Shown one piece after another: positions 40,882 through 53,704 of a stretch of 64,000 nt of DNA; the stretch's first letter is position 1; every line of letters starts with the position of its first letter. The notes under the pieces were generated by a model. That model saw nothing but the letters and a program-made list of their open reading frames with translations, did not search any database and was not told the origin of the DNA. Source of the stretch: the human T2T-CHM13v2.0 reference genome, Homo sapiens; NCBI RefSeq assembly GCF_009914755.1, contig NC_060928.1; one strand, written 5' to 3'. The position numbers were made by a program, and so were the translations under genes.

Positions 40882-43800
40882 AATGTGTAGTCTTCTTTTT
40901 ATCTGACAGCTTTTTCTTATTTATCAGCAACATAATGCTGGCTTCATCAAGTGAGTTGCAAACTATTCCCTCTTCTACTTTTTTTAGGAGGAAGAATTTG
41001 TGAAATTATTAATTCTTTTTATGTTATTTAGAATTCATCAATGAAGCTCTTTGGGCATGATTTTCATTTGTGGGAAAGTCTGTATTTACTAATTTTGTCT
41101 TTTTACTTGTTATAAGACAATTTAGAATGTATCATTTCTTTTTGAATCAGCTTTGATATTTTATCTTATTTTAGTAAGCTGTCTATTTTATCTATCATAA
41201 CTGTCTTCTTGGCATTTGTTGTTTATAATAATTTTTCTTCCTGATTTTTTTTTGTATTAACACTAATATCCCATCTTCTATTCTTGGTTTAGTAATTTAT
41301 CTCACCTCTCTTATTTTTTTTTGCCTTCATTTTTTCTTTCTTTTTTTTCACAGTCAGTACATCTAAAAGCTTGTCAATTTTGTTGACATTTTCAAAGAGG
41401 AAATTTGTGTTTTGTTTATATCTTTATTGTGTTTCTACTTTTTTATTTCATTAGTTTTTACTCTAGTCTTTATTATTTTCTTCCTTCTGCTTTGTTTGGT
41501 TTATTAATTTATTTTAAACTAACTTTTAAGTGGAAGATTAGGTTATTAATTGAAAGCCTTTCTTATTTTTTAATGTTGAGGTTTACAGTTAGTAGATTTC
41601 CTTTATATACTGACTAACTGTATCCTACAGGTATTGTGTGTTTTTTCTTTTTATTCTTCTTCAAGTATTTGCTCATTCCCCTTAGTTATTTGGGAGTGTG
41701 TTGTTTACTTTCCACATACTTGTAAAGTTTCCAAATTTTTTTAATGTTTTCTAAATTATTTATAAGTTAAATTGTGGTTAGAAAATGTATCTTATATAAT
41801 TTCTTTCCTCTTAAACTTATTGAGTTTTTTTTTTTAGGGCCTAGCATATTGCCTGTTTTATAAATAAAAATATTTTATTAATATGTGTTGTTGTATAGAT
41901 TTGCTTTCTAAATCAGCTAAAGTAAGAAAAAATATACAATCATACGTTTAAAAAATTTACTCACATAATTTTCTTTACTGACAGTCTGTGCTATGTAGCA
42001 TCAAATTATAATGCCATTTGCTTTTAACCCGAAAAAGCACACTTAGTGTTTTTGGTAAAGTGGATCTGCAAACAATACATATGCACAGTTTTTGTTTATC
42101 TGGTAATTTCTTTGTTTTCATTTCATTTATAAAAATTGTGTTGTTGAATGTAAGCTTTTTAAACATTTTTTTCATTTCAGCACTTTAAAAACATTGTCTC
42201 ACCATCTTCTCACCTTCATCCTGTCTGATAAGTCTGCTCTTAATCGTATTAGTGCTCCTTTTTAAGAGATGAGTCATTTTTCTGTTGCTGCTTTCAAGAT
42301 TTTCTCTTTATTTTTAGCTTTCAAGATTTTTACTGTAAATATGTCCAGATGTAGCTCTGTTTGAATTTATCCTACTTGAAGTTTGTCATGATACTTATTT
42401 GTATAGATTAGTATTTTTCCTCATATTTTGGGGTTTTTCAGGCATTATTTAAATAATTTCCTGTCCTTTTATCTCTCTACTTTCTTTTATATTCTCTCAT
42501 TAAAGCTATATTTTTGTGCTTGATGGTTTCCATGATTTCTCTTAGACTCTATTTTTCTTGTTTTTTGTTTTCTCTCTTCTTCATATTGCGTAATCTCTAT
42601 TACTCTATCTTCATGTTCCCTAATTCTTTTTCCTGCTGAGTCAAATCTGTTGATCCTTTCCAGCAATTTTTTAAATCCAGTTATTGTATTTTCCAGCTTC
42701 AGAATTTCTATTCTGAGTTCTTTGTGTAATTTGTATCTCTTTACTTATGTTTTCTATTTAGTGAGATGTTGTCACTACACCTTATTTAAATCTTTACACA
42801 CTGATTTCCTTTATCCCTTTTAGGAAAAAGAAATATATATGTTTCTTTTAAGTCTTTGTGTACTAAATCTTAATCTCGGCCCCTTCACAGGTGTTTTTAT
42901 TGCCTACTTTTCTTTCTGTGTGTGGATCACACTTTCCTGTGTTCTTTTACCTGTCTCAACGTTTTGTTGAAATTGGATATTTTAGATCACATATTGAAGC
43001 AATTCTCGATACTGATACCCACTATGGGAGGGAGGGGTGCTATGGACGTTTGCATGGCCATTTGCATATGTGTTCAGTGAGTTAGCTCAACTAATTCTTC
43101 ACAATATATTTGCAGTGTGAAATCTTCAATATTCCTGCCCAGGTATTTTTCCCTCATTTTATCTTTTAGGTAGCTCCCTGGGTCCTCATAAGCCACTTAG
43201 TCAAAGATTGGATTACATCTCTATTGCAGGTTACATTTTACTGTTTTCTGCTGTGTTGTGTGTATGCATGTGTGTATGTGGCTTGAAGGCAGCCATCACA
43301 AAATTTACATTTTTCATTTCACATTCAGCTTGGAACTAGTATAAACATTCTCTCCTTCTGGTTGCTGTTGAAAGGAACTCAGCCTTTGGCATTTGTGAAG
43401 CATTACAGACTGTCAGAAAGTTTTCCTAGTTTCCTAAAAGGAGTGTGACTCCTGGCTTCCTAGGTTAGGGTAGCTTATTGCTTAGTGAGTGCTTAACACC
43501 TTTGTGCCGGTGGGGCTTTAGACCTGAGTTGTTGGGTCTGTGTGTAGTTTAGTGAATGCTTTCAAGTCTGCCCCTGGTCTTGCTCTGATACTCCTGAGGG
43601 GTGCAACCTAACCTATGCACACAGACTTGCTAACCTCCAGAGCTGTTGTCTTTAGTCCCAGAGTAGCTCTTTTCTGCTTGTTTTTTCTGCCAAACTTCTG
43701 ACCGTTCTGCTGTTTTGTTTTTATCAGACCTACAATCTCCTCTCAATTGGTGTAGGAAAAACTGCATTATTTTCAACAAAGGCCTTAGGAATGGAGTTTT

Positions 43801-44663
43801 CCACTCTCTGTTCCAAATGAAATCACTCCCCTCAGCCACAGTTGTGGGGCTCGTAGCCCTTCGGGTTTGCCTTTCCCTGTGATCAGAAGCTTTGCAACAC
43901 TGCTCCAGAATTAGACGAATGTGCATTTCCCAGACTGGCAACCCAACTCTACAAATTGGCACCAGGGAGAAGAGGATAGCAGTCTTTCTTGTTTATCCCT
44001 TCTGGCATGAAACCTCTCTCTACAAGTGAACTAGATCAAGGACAATCATAACTTCAGTATTCTCAGCCTGCCATATCTGAGATAAAACTCCTTCTGTATA
44101 AATAAGGGCTGGATGGGGAACAACAGAGCAGTCCTTTCTACTGTGCCTTCCTGGAATGGAGCTTGTGTAGCTTTAGACTTGGAGTCATATAGGTAAGAGA
44201 CGCCAGCCAAGTGTGCTTCTAAGGGTTACACCATTGCCTCTGACTGGGAGCTAGAGTGAGAGGAGGTCCCCATTGTCCTGGCTGCACATGCACAGGGTAC
44301 AGCTACTGTATCATGAAGAAGGTCATGGGATAATGGAGTAAAACTTGGATCAGATGCCACAGACTTTTTCTTTCCTATAAAGATTTAATATATTTTCCTG
44401 AAGACATGTTTCTCCACTTGATATGCTGTGAGGACAATTTTTAAACTTTGACTTTTTTTTTAAGTTTCTCTGGGTAATTTTTTTTTTTCCTGTGGAGAGG
44501 GTTTATTGGGGAACTTAGTTTTTCATTCTGTAAGTCCTATTACCTCCAGTTGTTCTGAATCACTTTTATTAAATATTTTAATTCAAGCCATATTATATTT
44601 AAATAATTTAAAAACAATTTTTACATATGTATATTAGAATAGCTTAAAACTGTTTTCCTCTTC

Positions 44664-45161
44664 TGTCATATGCAGAAAAATGGTATACCAAAGATAGCCA
44701 CATCATTATCCCCAAATTTTTACGTCTCCTGGAAAAGGGAAATTAAGATTGCAAATGGGATTATGGATGCTAATCAACCAACCTTAAAGTGAGGAAATTG
44801 TCCTGTATAATCTGGGTTGGTCCAGTATAATCACAGGATCCTTAAATGTAGAAGAAGAAAGCAAAAGACGACTTGTTTTGGAGCAATGTAAAGCGAGAAA
44901 GACAGGCAGTTGTGGGCTTGAAGGTGAAATGGGAGCATGAGCTCAGAAATGCATTCAGTCTTTAGAAACTAGAAAAGGCAAGGAAACATAGTTTCCTCTA
45001 AAACCTCAAGACAGGAATGAAACCCTAGTGATATGTTGATTTTATTGCAGTGAAGCCTATTTTGAACTTTTAACCTGCAGATCCTTAGGTAGTGAATTTG
45101 TGTTGTTTTAATCTACCAAATTTATGTTCCTGTGTCACAGCTGCGATGGGAACCTAATACA
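44664..45161 (+). mobile_element. MaLR solo LTR (MLT1D/E-like) with intact TSD
   Basis: TG...CA termini (tgtcatatgcag...ctaataca); perfect 5-bp TSD tcttc at 44659-44663 and 45162-45166. Confidence 0.88.
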
Positions 45162-45265
45162 TCTTCCATTACCTTTAAATACCAATTCCGTTTGTCTATT
45201 TAAAAAAAAAAATCTTACAGAGTCAGAAATCATAAAACAGAATGTCCCATGGCTCTGAATTAAGA

Positions 45266-45347
45266 TAAATATATATACACACACTATATATAAAATATAT
45301 TATATATACTATTTATAGAAACTATATATACAGAATCTATATATATA

Positions 45348-45404
<57 letters not shown>
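45266..45404. repeat. AT-rich tract ending in a perfect (TA)24 at 45351-45398
   Basis: Direct reading. Confidence 0.97.
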
Positions 45405-45405
<1 letters not shown>

Positions 45406-48400
45406 TTTTCTGGAACACCGTCCAAAATCACAACGAATTCTTCTAACTCAGCCTTTTACATATTTAGCCCTATGAGAAAAGAAAAACTTAAAATCTTAAA
45501 CATTATATTGCTTTCTGATTTCTTGAAAAAATATTTTGGGAGAATGTTACTGTCCAAGTTGTCATCTAATAATTATAGAAAATGTCTGGCATAAAATAAA
45601 ATCAATGGAATTTAATATGTTAAAAGAAACAAAAAAATACTAAGAAAGAAACTGGAATTAAGGGAGACATACAAAGTTTCAATTACTGCACTTGATACAA
45701 AATCTGTGTGGAATTTGAGAGCTGCCAATAAAAACTGTTTTAATAAAAATAATATAGTAACTAAACATTTATTTTTGAGTCATCGTTATTTTTCTCACAG
45801 GAAAATTTGGCATTTTTTAAAAAAGAAATCTAGGAATATAAATTCAAAGTTCAATTAAAATTAGTGTATTTCTTATATACTTCATATTCATCAAATACAC
45901 AGAATCTTCACAAAGTACTCTAGATGCTGATGATTATCTCCAAGATAAGATGATTTTGCTGAATATGGACACAACATAATTACATCATTTGGAACCACGG
46001 AGCTTATCTGAGCAGAGGCAGGTACTTGACAGGTTCTGGGCAAAGAGTTAAGAAATTTGACTTGAGGGAGAAAGAAAAAACAACCCAGGTTGAGTTGCTC
46101 TCAATGATCATCTTATTAAATTTGTTTAATCACTGTCTACAGGAAGGTTTGGTTTGGAGTTTCTCCTTGGCTCTGGGGAATGTGAGCGAAGAAGGAAACA
46201 AGCTAATGAAGAATATGGCATTTAAGATTGCACAGTATCATTTAACTTCTCTTCTTCTTCCTCTTTCTCTTTCTAATTCATTTAGAGAATGGAAGTGGGA
46301 CACTGGGACATATTGGTGTTCTCTTATTTATTTTCCCTCTAGGATTCTTTGTTAACAGTTCACTTTCCCTGTTCAGGTAATAACAGATAGACACCTTATT
46401 ATTGAATAACTGTTCAGCCTTCTCTTTGACATTCACTAACCGTGGAACATTGTGCTAAGAAATAGGCCTATTCCTTTTTTTATTTTGCCACCTTCTTGTG
46501 TGAACAGAGATTAAAGTAACTATTTATTTGTTGTCCTTATATTCTGTAACCCTTTGTTCTTCTGAAACTTGTGCATCTCATTTCTATTTATTTTTGGTTA
46601 TGTGTTCTTATTTCCATCTTTTATACATTTCATTTAAGTTTTTTAAAAAGTTGTACTTGTTGGAGAGCTCCCTGGTTTTTCATATTGTTGCTTTTGGCAT
46701 CCTATTTTCAATCATAAAAACATTTTAATTGCATAACTAGACATATGTTTTTCAGAACTTCTCAACTCTTTTAAGCCTCTTTCTTTCTTCCAGACTTGAA
46801 ATATGGAATTGGTCCAATATACTCTCTGAGTTGACACCATGTCTCTTTCTATCACTTTCATGAATGTCTCTTCCTACCACTCTTTCCTAATGCCCATAAT
46901 AAGTATGCAAGATTTGGTAAACTTTAACCCTTAATTTTTCTAGGTAGTAGCTTTCTCTTTATCCAAGGTATGATATTTTTCACTTTTGATAACCTTAACA
47001 GTCATTTTTTTTTCTTTTACTTCTTCAAAATATTGTAAAAAAACAGGTGTTCTCTTGCATTATTTCTTTATTCTATCTAGGGGTTCTTCATCTACTCTGA
47101 CAAATTAGAGTATAGAAGGAAAAATGCATAGCATTTGGCCATTTCTTAAAGCACCAATATATTGATTGCCCTAAATGCAAAGACATTATAGTGGTCCCAC
47201 AGAGGTTATGATCATTGTTTATGCAATTTAAGGATACCAAAATTTTATCAGCTTTGGTAAAAGCTGATGGAGTATATAGCTTTATCCCCTCTTCTCTAGA
47301 CCAAAAATGGGTCAAGTGTTCTACTCATATATTCCTACATGATCCTATCCAAATCATTATATAAACATGACAACATTGCATTTTAATTATCTGGTTACTT
47401 GATTTTCTCTTCCACATTGCTCTTAATTCATTGGAACCATGACTTTGATGAACTAATTAATTTAGCATATAATTGAGAGATATGTTGGAAGTAAACTCAG
47501 CAGAATTTGATAATTGATTACATGTCTTGTAGGAATAAAAGAATCTAGAACCAGCCATAGGTTTCTGATATCAATGAAGGGGTTAAAAAAAATAAGGTAT
47601 ATTTTCTATATACCTTATATACCGTTCATGTAACTAAATATGAGATACAGATAGAAGATTTATCTATATTTTTTCAGGTAGATTATTGAGCTGATTCCTA
47701 TGATAATATCTGTTGTGGGTATATTATTTTATTTACTGACCTAATTTCTAATTCCAGTAATCTATGCTTTTCATAGTTCTTCATTCCTTTCTACCATGTT
47801 TCTTTATGGTAAATTGGGAAACATTGTTAGGAAAGACCTTCTAGCTGAAACTAATACAAAATCTGCTATTTGGTTAATAGCACTATTTCTTTTAAGCTAC
47901 AAAAGTCCAAGTTCGATATCTCAAATAAGCTTATGAATGCAGACTTGGATTTGAACCCTGGAAAGGCTGGATCAAATACAACCAGAATGAAGAGATTTAG
48001 GTCAATTCTACCAGGAGCAGTGCAAACCTAATTTAAGTACCATTCATAAGCGAACATATGATATACTGTTTATATTATATTACGTACATATATTATAAAT
48101 AATGTTAATGTCTTTATCAATCATTTTGTTTTATCTTTTGAGAAAACTATATATACTCATAGAATGATATACATGCAAAAATGTTTTTGTGCAAATCCTG
48201 ATTTAACCTCATTTAAAACTGGATTACTGTGAACATTGTTGCTCCTAATCATAATAATTAATAATATACTAGTGATATATATGTAAATTCCTAATAATGA
48301 AATTAAAGTTGTAAATGCACCCCAAAATGCCATTAAGTTTCAAGGTTTTAGTTCTAAAGAAGCCATTTCTTATAAAACTAATTTTATTTCCCTTTGAAAA

Positions 48401-48499
48401 TGGGAACTCTAATAGGTTAAATCTATATTTATTATTAATATGCAAAGTTTTAAGAAGATTGAAAGGAAATAAAGACTTCTTTACTAGCTCACTTTTGTA

Positions 48500-48822
48500 T
48501 TCATTTATTCATTCATATGTTTCTAACTCTTGATTCCTCCAACGCCTCCTCCAGCCCAACTGTCAAACACCTTCATTATTCAAATCTCCAGTTAAGCTCC
48601 CTCCAGTGAGGCATCGCTTCATAACAAATTATGTCTTCATGCTCTTTCATACTTGTATTAAATTCAGTGCAGAGTGTCACTGTGGCAACTATCACATGTA
48701 TTGTAATTGCAGGGTTCTATGTGCATCACTATAACTTAGAATTATGTCATTTCATCTTTGTATTTCCATAGGCTGGCATATCAAAAACTGCAAAATAAAT
48801 CACTATAGAAATGAGTGAATGA
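48500..48822 (+). mobile_element. L2 3' fragment
   Basis: ttcatctttgtatttccataggctggcata...aataaat...gaaatgagtgaatgaa resembles the L2 terminus. Confidence 0.5.
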
Positions 48823-50339
48823 AACTTGTGATAGAATTGAGTAGCATCATGATGCAGATTGGCACAAAATAAACTAAGAAGTCTTTACAAGAACAAATTA
48901 ATTATCTCTACTTGTTTTGAAGTTTGGGCAAGGTACATCACAGGATAAGGTGCAAGAAAAATTTCAAGGAGAAATATTTATCTGCTATAGTCAAAAACAT
49001 CTAAAAAGGAAAGCCATCTGGTATTAAGAAAAATTTCAGTCAAGAAATGGAGAAGAAAAAAAATGGTTTGATAACATTGACACTTATTCCAAATGCTAAT
49101 TTCTCATGTCTTGCCAATTCAAAATCATATCTCTCTGAAATAGTATTTGGTTTAACTGGCATCTGATATATGAAATAGACCATGTTCTCACATCAGGGAT
49201 TAATATGCATATATTTATTCAAGGTTCCAAACTAGAATGGCAGGACAATCCATAGTACAACTTGCCGAATGGACATGACCTATACAAGCTAATAATTGTA
49301 TGAGAGAGCATCAACCAGTAGAATCTGTGACTAAGGCATAGTGCAAATAGCACCAGCTAACACCAGTGAATTAGCCATCATTTCCTGTGAAATTTATTTT
49401 TTCCTCTTAACGTGATGACTTACACTCAGAAAAGCACCTTTCCAGAAACAGGAAATCAGCATGTGTGGACTACATAATTTAGCTTTCATTCCACCTAAGA
49501 ATATCACCCTTGTATAGCAGGAAGTTGAAAATGATTGAATCATCCTATGTTATTATTTCATAGGCATCATTTGCTGTCTTTCTAATAATAGCACTGTGAT
49601 CTAAACCCATTGTTACCCATAGTTCCTCAATGTAAAAATCAGTGACCTTATTTTTGCCTATTTTTTTATGCTCATGATGAATGAAGTCTAAAATAGAAAA
49701 GAACGCAATTACTTTTTGTTTTAAAAGAAAAAAACTTCAACCTGTGGTTTCAAAATTCTTCACACAGATAACAATAGCAATCTAGGAACAGTAAAGAAAA
49801 CATAGAAGAGAGTACACTCAGGGCTACATAGAGGCAGATTGCAAAAGAATGACAATATTAACCTTTCAGATATATAAATTTTCCCACTCACCTGAAAAAA
49901 GAGCCTCTATTCTCTGTTCTGCATTAAGTAGATAGAATAATGTTTCTTAGAATAGGAAAAAAATATATCAAGGTGTAGTTTTTTGTTTAGGGCATTTGTT
50001 ATTCACAGACCTCTGACCAAGCAAAAGCCTGCAGGTTCTGCTTTACATAAACCTTTTTATTCATAATTTTAAAAAGTTCACATACCTTGCAGTCATTCAT
50101 AAGCTCCAGAATAGTTTGATGTAATTTACAGGAAGTTATCAAGCTATGAATGAATACAAATTTCTTTTTCTATTTAGCTAGGAGACATAATTTATTTTAT
50201 TGATTTAGAATACAGAATGACTCTGTTGTCTGAGTTAATTCAATATCAAACAGTTGAAGACTTTTTAAAATTTTCTTAATTTCATCTCAGTAAAATTAAA
50301 GAATTTAATATACAAATTCATTGATCTAAGTGTAAATAT

Positions 50340-50520
50340 GAAAATATACTCATTACTTAGTGCAGGCACTGTGTCAAATATCTGCTTTCTCACTCCTTTC
50401 AGTGGCTGTTTAAAGTCAGTATCATTATCACATGAAGATACTGAGGCTTAGGAAAGTTACATCAGGTGCCTGAGAATGTGCAGCTACTAAGGGTAAACCC
50501 TCAAATCTGCACTTCCATTT
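50340..50520 (-). mobile_element. MIR fragment
   Basis: gtgcaggcactgtgtcaaa...tatcattatccacatgaagatactgaggcttaggaaagtta...gcagctactaag. Confidence 0.65.
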
Positions 50521-51640
50521 GTCTTAAATTACCACCTCAACACTTAGTAAACATCTTATACAGTCAATACACAAAGAAATGTCCAACTCTCTGAGAATTC
50601 CTGTTCTCAATTAAATTCCTGTGACAAAAACATTTATGTCATCTGGAAGTTAAGTGAACATTAATTTGATTACAGTGAGCAGTGTTCTACATATGCAAAT
50701 TGATTTATGGAGTTAATTCATAAATCTACTCACAATGTGTTGTAAAATATCACTTGCTAATATAATTATAATGTGTATCCAAAATTTCTTGTGCATTTAA
50801 TATTAATAGAAATATTCAATATTTTATCTTAATTCTACACGTGGTAATTCCTTGACATATTTTTTCTTTATGGAAAAACCTATTAAATTCATCGAATTTA
50901 AGAAAGTATGATCTGACCCAAATAATACTGGCTCTAGAGATTAAAATGGTGGGTTATTTCTATAATATTTTAAAGACATCAGGACCAGAGAAGTTGTTTT
51001 TGTTTATTTTTGGTAAGTGTTGAGGCACAAATTCCTAAGGAATATGAGAAAGAGATAATAACCTTGAAGTTTTCCTCTGAACCTCCCACTAGATTAATGA
51101 TGGAATTAAACTGCCTAAATATGAGAAGCTATTTCTATTTAATAGGCATTGCTGAGTCAGTGACTTTCATATACAGCATAACAATATTCCCCTCTTCACT
51201 AAATATCTAAAAACAACTGTACAAAAATTAGCTCCAAACCTTTAAACTTCATGAAATTTTCATTTTTCTCCAACATCTCAACAGTCATATGAATTGTTGG
51301 AATTGTTTGCCTCTAATAACATATTTATAACCATATATTTGCCATTGGGAGATGATAGTGAGTTAATGTAAAATTGCTAATAAAATCTAACTACAATGCT
51401 CAGTACTGATGTTATCCCTAAGAAAGAATAACTGTGATTACCACAAATAAATGTATATGCAATTACCTTACAAAAAATGAAGTTATATCATGGACAAAAT
51501 GATAATATATAAAATTTTATCTGTAACTCCCTTTTAGTTAAGTAAAAAAGACAAATTATGAGTCATTCATTGGATAGTTGTTTACTTACAACATTCATAG
51601 TACATCTCTGCCCTTGAAGTCTATACGGAAAGCATATGTT

Positions 51641-51783
51641 GCCAAGGGCAGTGGCTCACTCCTGTAATCCCAGAATTTTGGGAAGCCAAGACAGGAGGAT
51701 CCCTTGAACCTAGGAGTTTGAGACTAGTCTGGACAAGATGATGAGACCCCATCTCTAACAAAGTAAAAAATAAAATGTTAAAA
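51641..51783 (+). mobile_element. FLAM / Alu left monomer
   Basis: gcagtggctcactcctgtaatcccag...ggatcccttgaacctaggagtttgagac...gagaccccatctcta followed by an A-rich tail. Confidence 0.85.
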
Positions 51784-52589
51784 ATGTGTATGCATTTGTC
51801 CTTGCAGAATTCAGGTCGGTCTTCTGGTGGTCTTAGAAGGGGAAAAGACTTCATAATCTATATGAAGGGGTATTCTAGAGGAAACAGAAATATCTTTAGC
51901 TTGAAGTAATTCAGATGTAGCTTCAAATCTCTGCTTACTTAATTAGTAACTCTACACTCTAGGGCAAGGTGATTAATAATCTGAATTTTGACAACATACA
52001 AAGGAGAGGAACTGATACCTATTACAAACCCAGCTATATTGCTAATAATATCTGACACAAGGTCTGGCTAAAATACTTGTTGAACGCATCTGAGAACAAG
52101 GAAAATGCACACTTGCCCTAGAGAATTATAATAAAGGTTATCAGAAATAAAATGTGAGAAAGAATGTCACATAATCCATGGCAATTGAAAGCAATCATTA
52201 GGTCTTAGTTTCTCTCTCCTCTGTATACCCTTTCGTTATATAAAGTCTTGAGATTTCTAGATTGCTTGCCTTTATTCCTATCTCTAAAGGTTACTCATCT
52301 ATATGAATTATCTCTATTTGTGACCCTTTGGTGCTTTCCTTTTATTCTAATTATTGGGTCTAGAGGAGTGATTCATGAGGTTGTCTAAAATTGGGTCATT
52401 TGGAATTGGTTAGAGGAACCCTATTTGGGTACATGACATTTATATTTTGATACTTTTTTGGAGAAATTTTGGCATGGTCAAGAATATTAATTGTTAGTTT
52501 AAATATTTTTGGCTATGTAAAATTTTAGCAACATGTATTTCCCATTGATAATCTTTAATCCTTTTCTCATCATTTGTTTCACTTAGTAT

Positions 52590-53400
52590 AATTCTAGTTT
52601 CAGGAATCAGTGACTGCTTTCAAATCAGCTTTAAAATTAATCTGGATTTATTTTCTAAAACAAATGAAATTTCATTTTTATTTGATTAATCAAACAATGT
52701 AATCAGGGCTCAATTTCATCTGTGTCTTTCCTAGCTTGTCAGCTTTGCTTTGGATTATTTTATGGAAAACTTCCATTTTCCATCTGAGTCACGTCTGTCT
52801 AGTATTTCCCCAGACTACACGTTCCCATATTCAAATCTAGCAAAAAAGAAAAATTAAGCTGCACAACTCTAATTGGATTTATAACCAGAGAAAGGAGTAT
52901 TTTAACTGGATTATGTCAATCAGTCATATTTCTGATTATAGAGGTGGGGGTCAATCTTAATTCAACTACATGGCTAGAAAATATGAATTAGTGTTATTAA
53001 AAGAAAGGCGACCAATAAACAATAATCTCCAACTTTTTGACCAACCAATGTTTTAAAAATCCCCTTCTCATAACTGTCTTTAAAAACATGTCTAATGCTA
53101 TAAATGCATATATTTAACTCCTCCTAAAAAGAAGAGGAACAACAAAATATGATGTGTGATTACATTCCATTCTATACCCAGAATCTCTGGATGATACTCA
53201 GTTCTCTTTGTGAAACTTGTCTGTAGCTCACCATTGGCTAGCAGCCTGTCATTAACTGATAAGTTTAACTTGGCCCCGGATGTCCAAGATATTCACTGGG
53301 ACAAAGCATAAGGAAAGTAGAATAAAACACCCATTTGGAAATACATAATGGCCCCTAGGTCATAATAGATATCATAGCCTGTTGAAATGGAATAACAAAC
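52590..53400 (-). mobile_element. Old MLT1 LTR, possibly with adjoining MaLR internal sequence
   Basis: ctagtttcaggaatcagtgactgc...cagctttaaaattaatctggatttatt; aactggattatgtcaatcagtc; heavily degraded. Confidence 0.4.
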
Positions 53401-53704
53401 TATTCATATGCTATTATTTAAGTTTTTTTGTTTGCCTGTTTTGTTTTGTTTTTCCAATCTGAGGCTTTGGGTTGTGTTTTCTGGACGATGCTGCCTTGAT
53501 CATTGCACTTCATTCCTTCTGATTCTTCGGTCCTTGAGGAACTTTTTAAAATACCTGCCTCTGTCTTTACGCCACTATTCTCACTGTTCCATAGGGCACC
53601 TCTGGTCTGTTCATGTTTTAGGGTCTGGAGATGGTTTCAGGACTTTAGAAAACATATATTCTAATTGCAAGGATTTGGCTGGCCCTGACCATAGAACCTA
53701 TGGA

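Larger units (their letters stand above)
36400..44550 (-). mobile_element. Near full-length old L1 (L1MB-like 3' end), antisense, hosting two younger L1 insertions
   Basis: Ordered 3' UTR (ccccagccctaagcaacactaatctattttctg), ORF2 (37-41.8 kb), ORF1 (42-42.9 kb; ORF 41975..42175 KKLPDKQKL) and a GC-richer 5' region (43-44.5 kb); could be a mosaic of more than one element. Confidence 0.7.

Noticed and set aside
51150-51159. tgctgagtca ARE/MARE-like motif (also at 42634-42643)
   Set aside because: Isolated 10-mers, one inside an old L1; no clustering or conservation visible from sequence alone.
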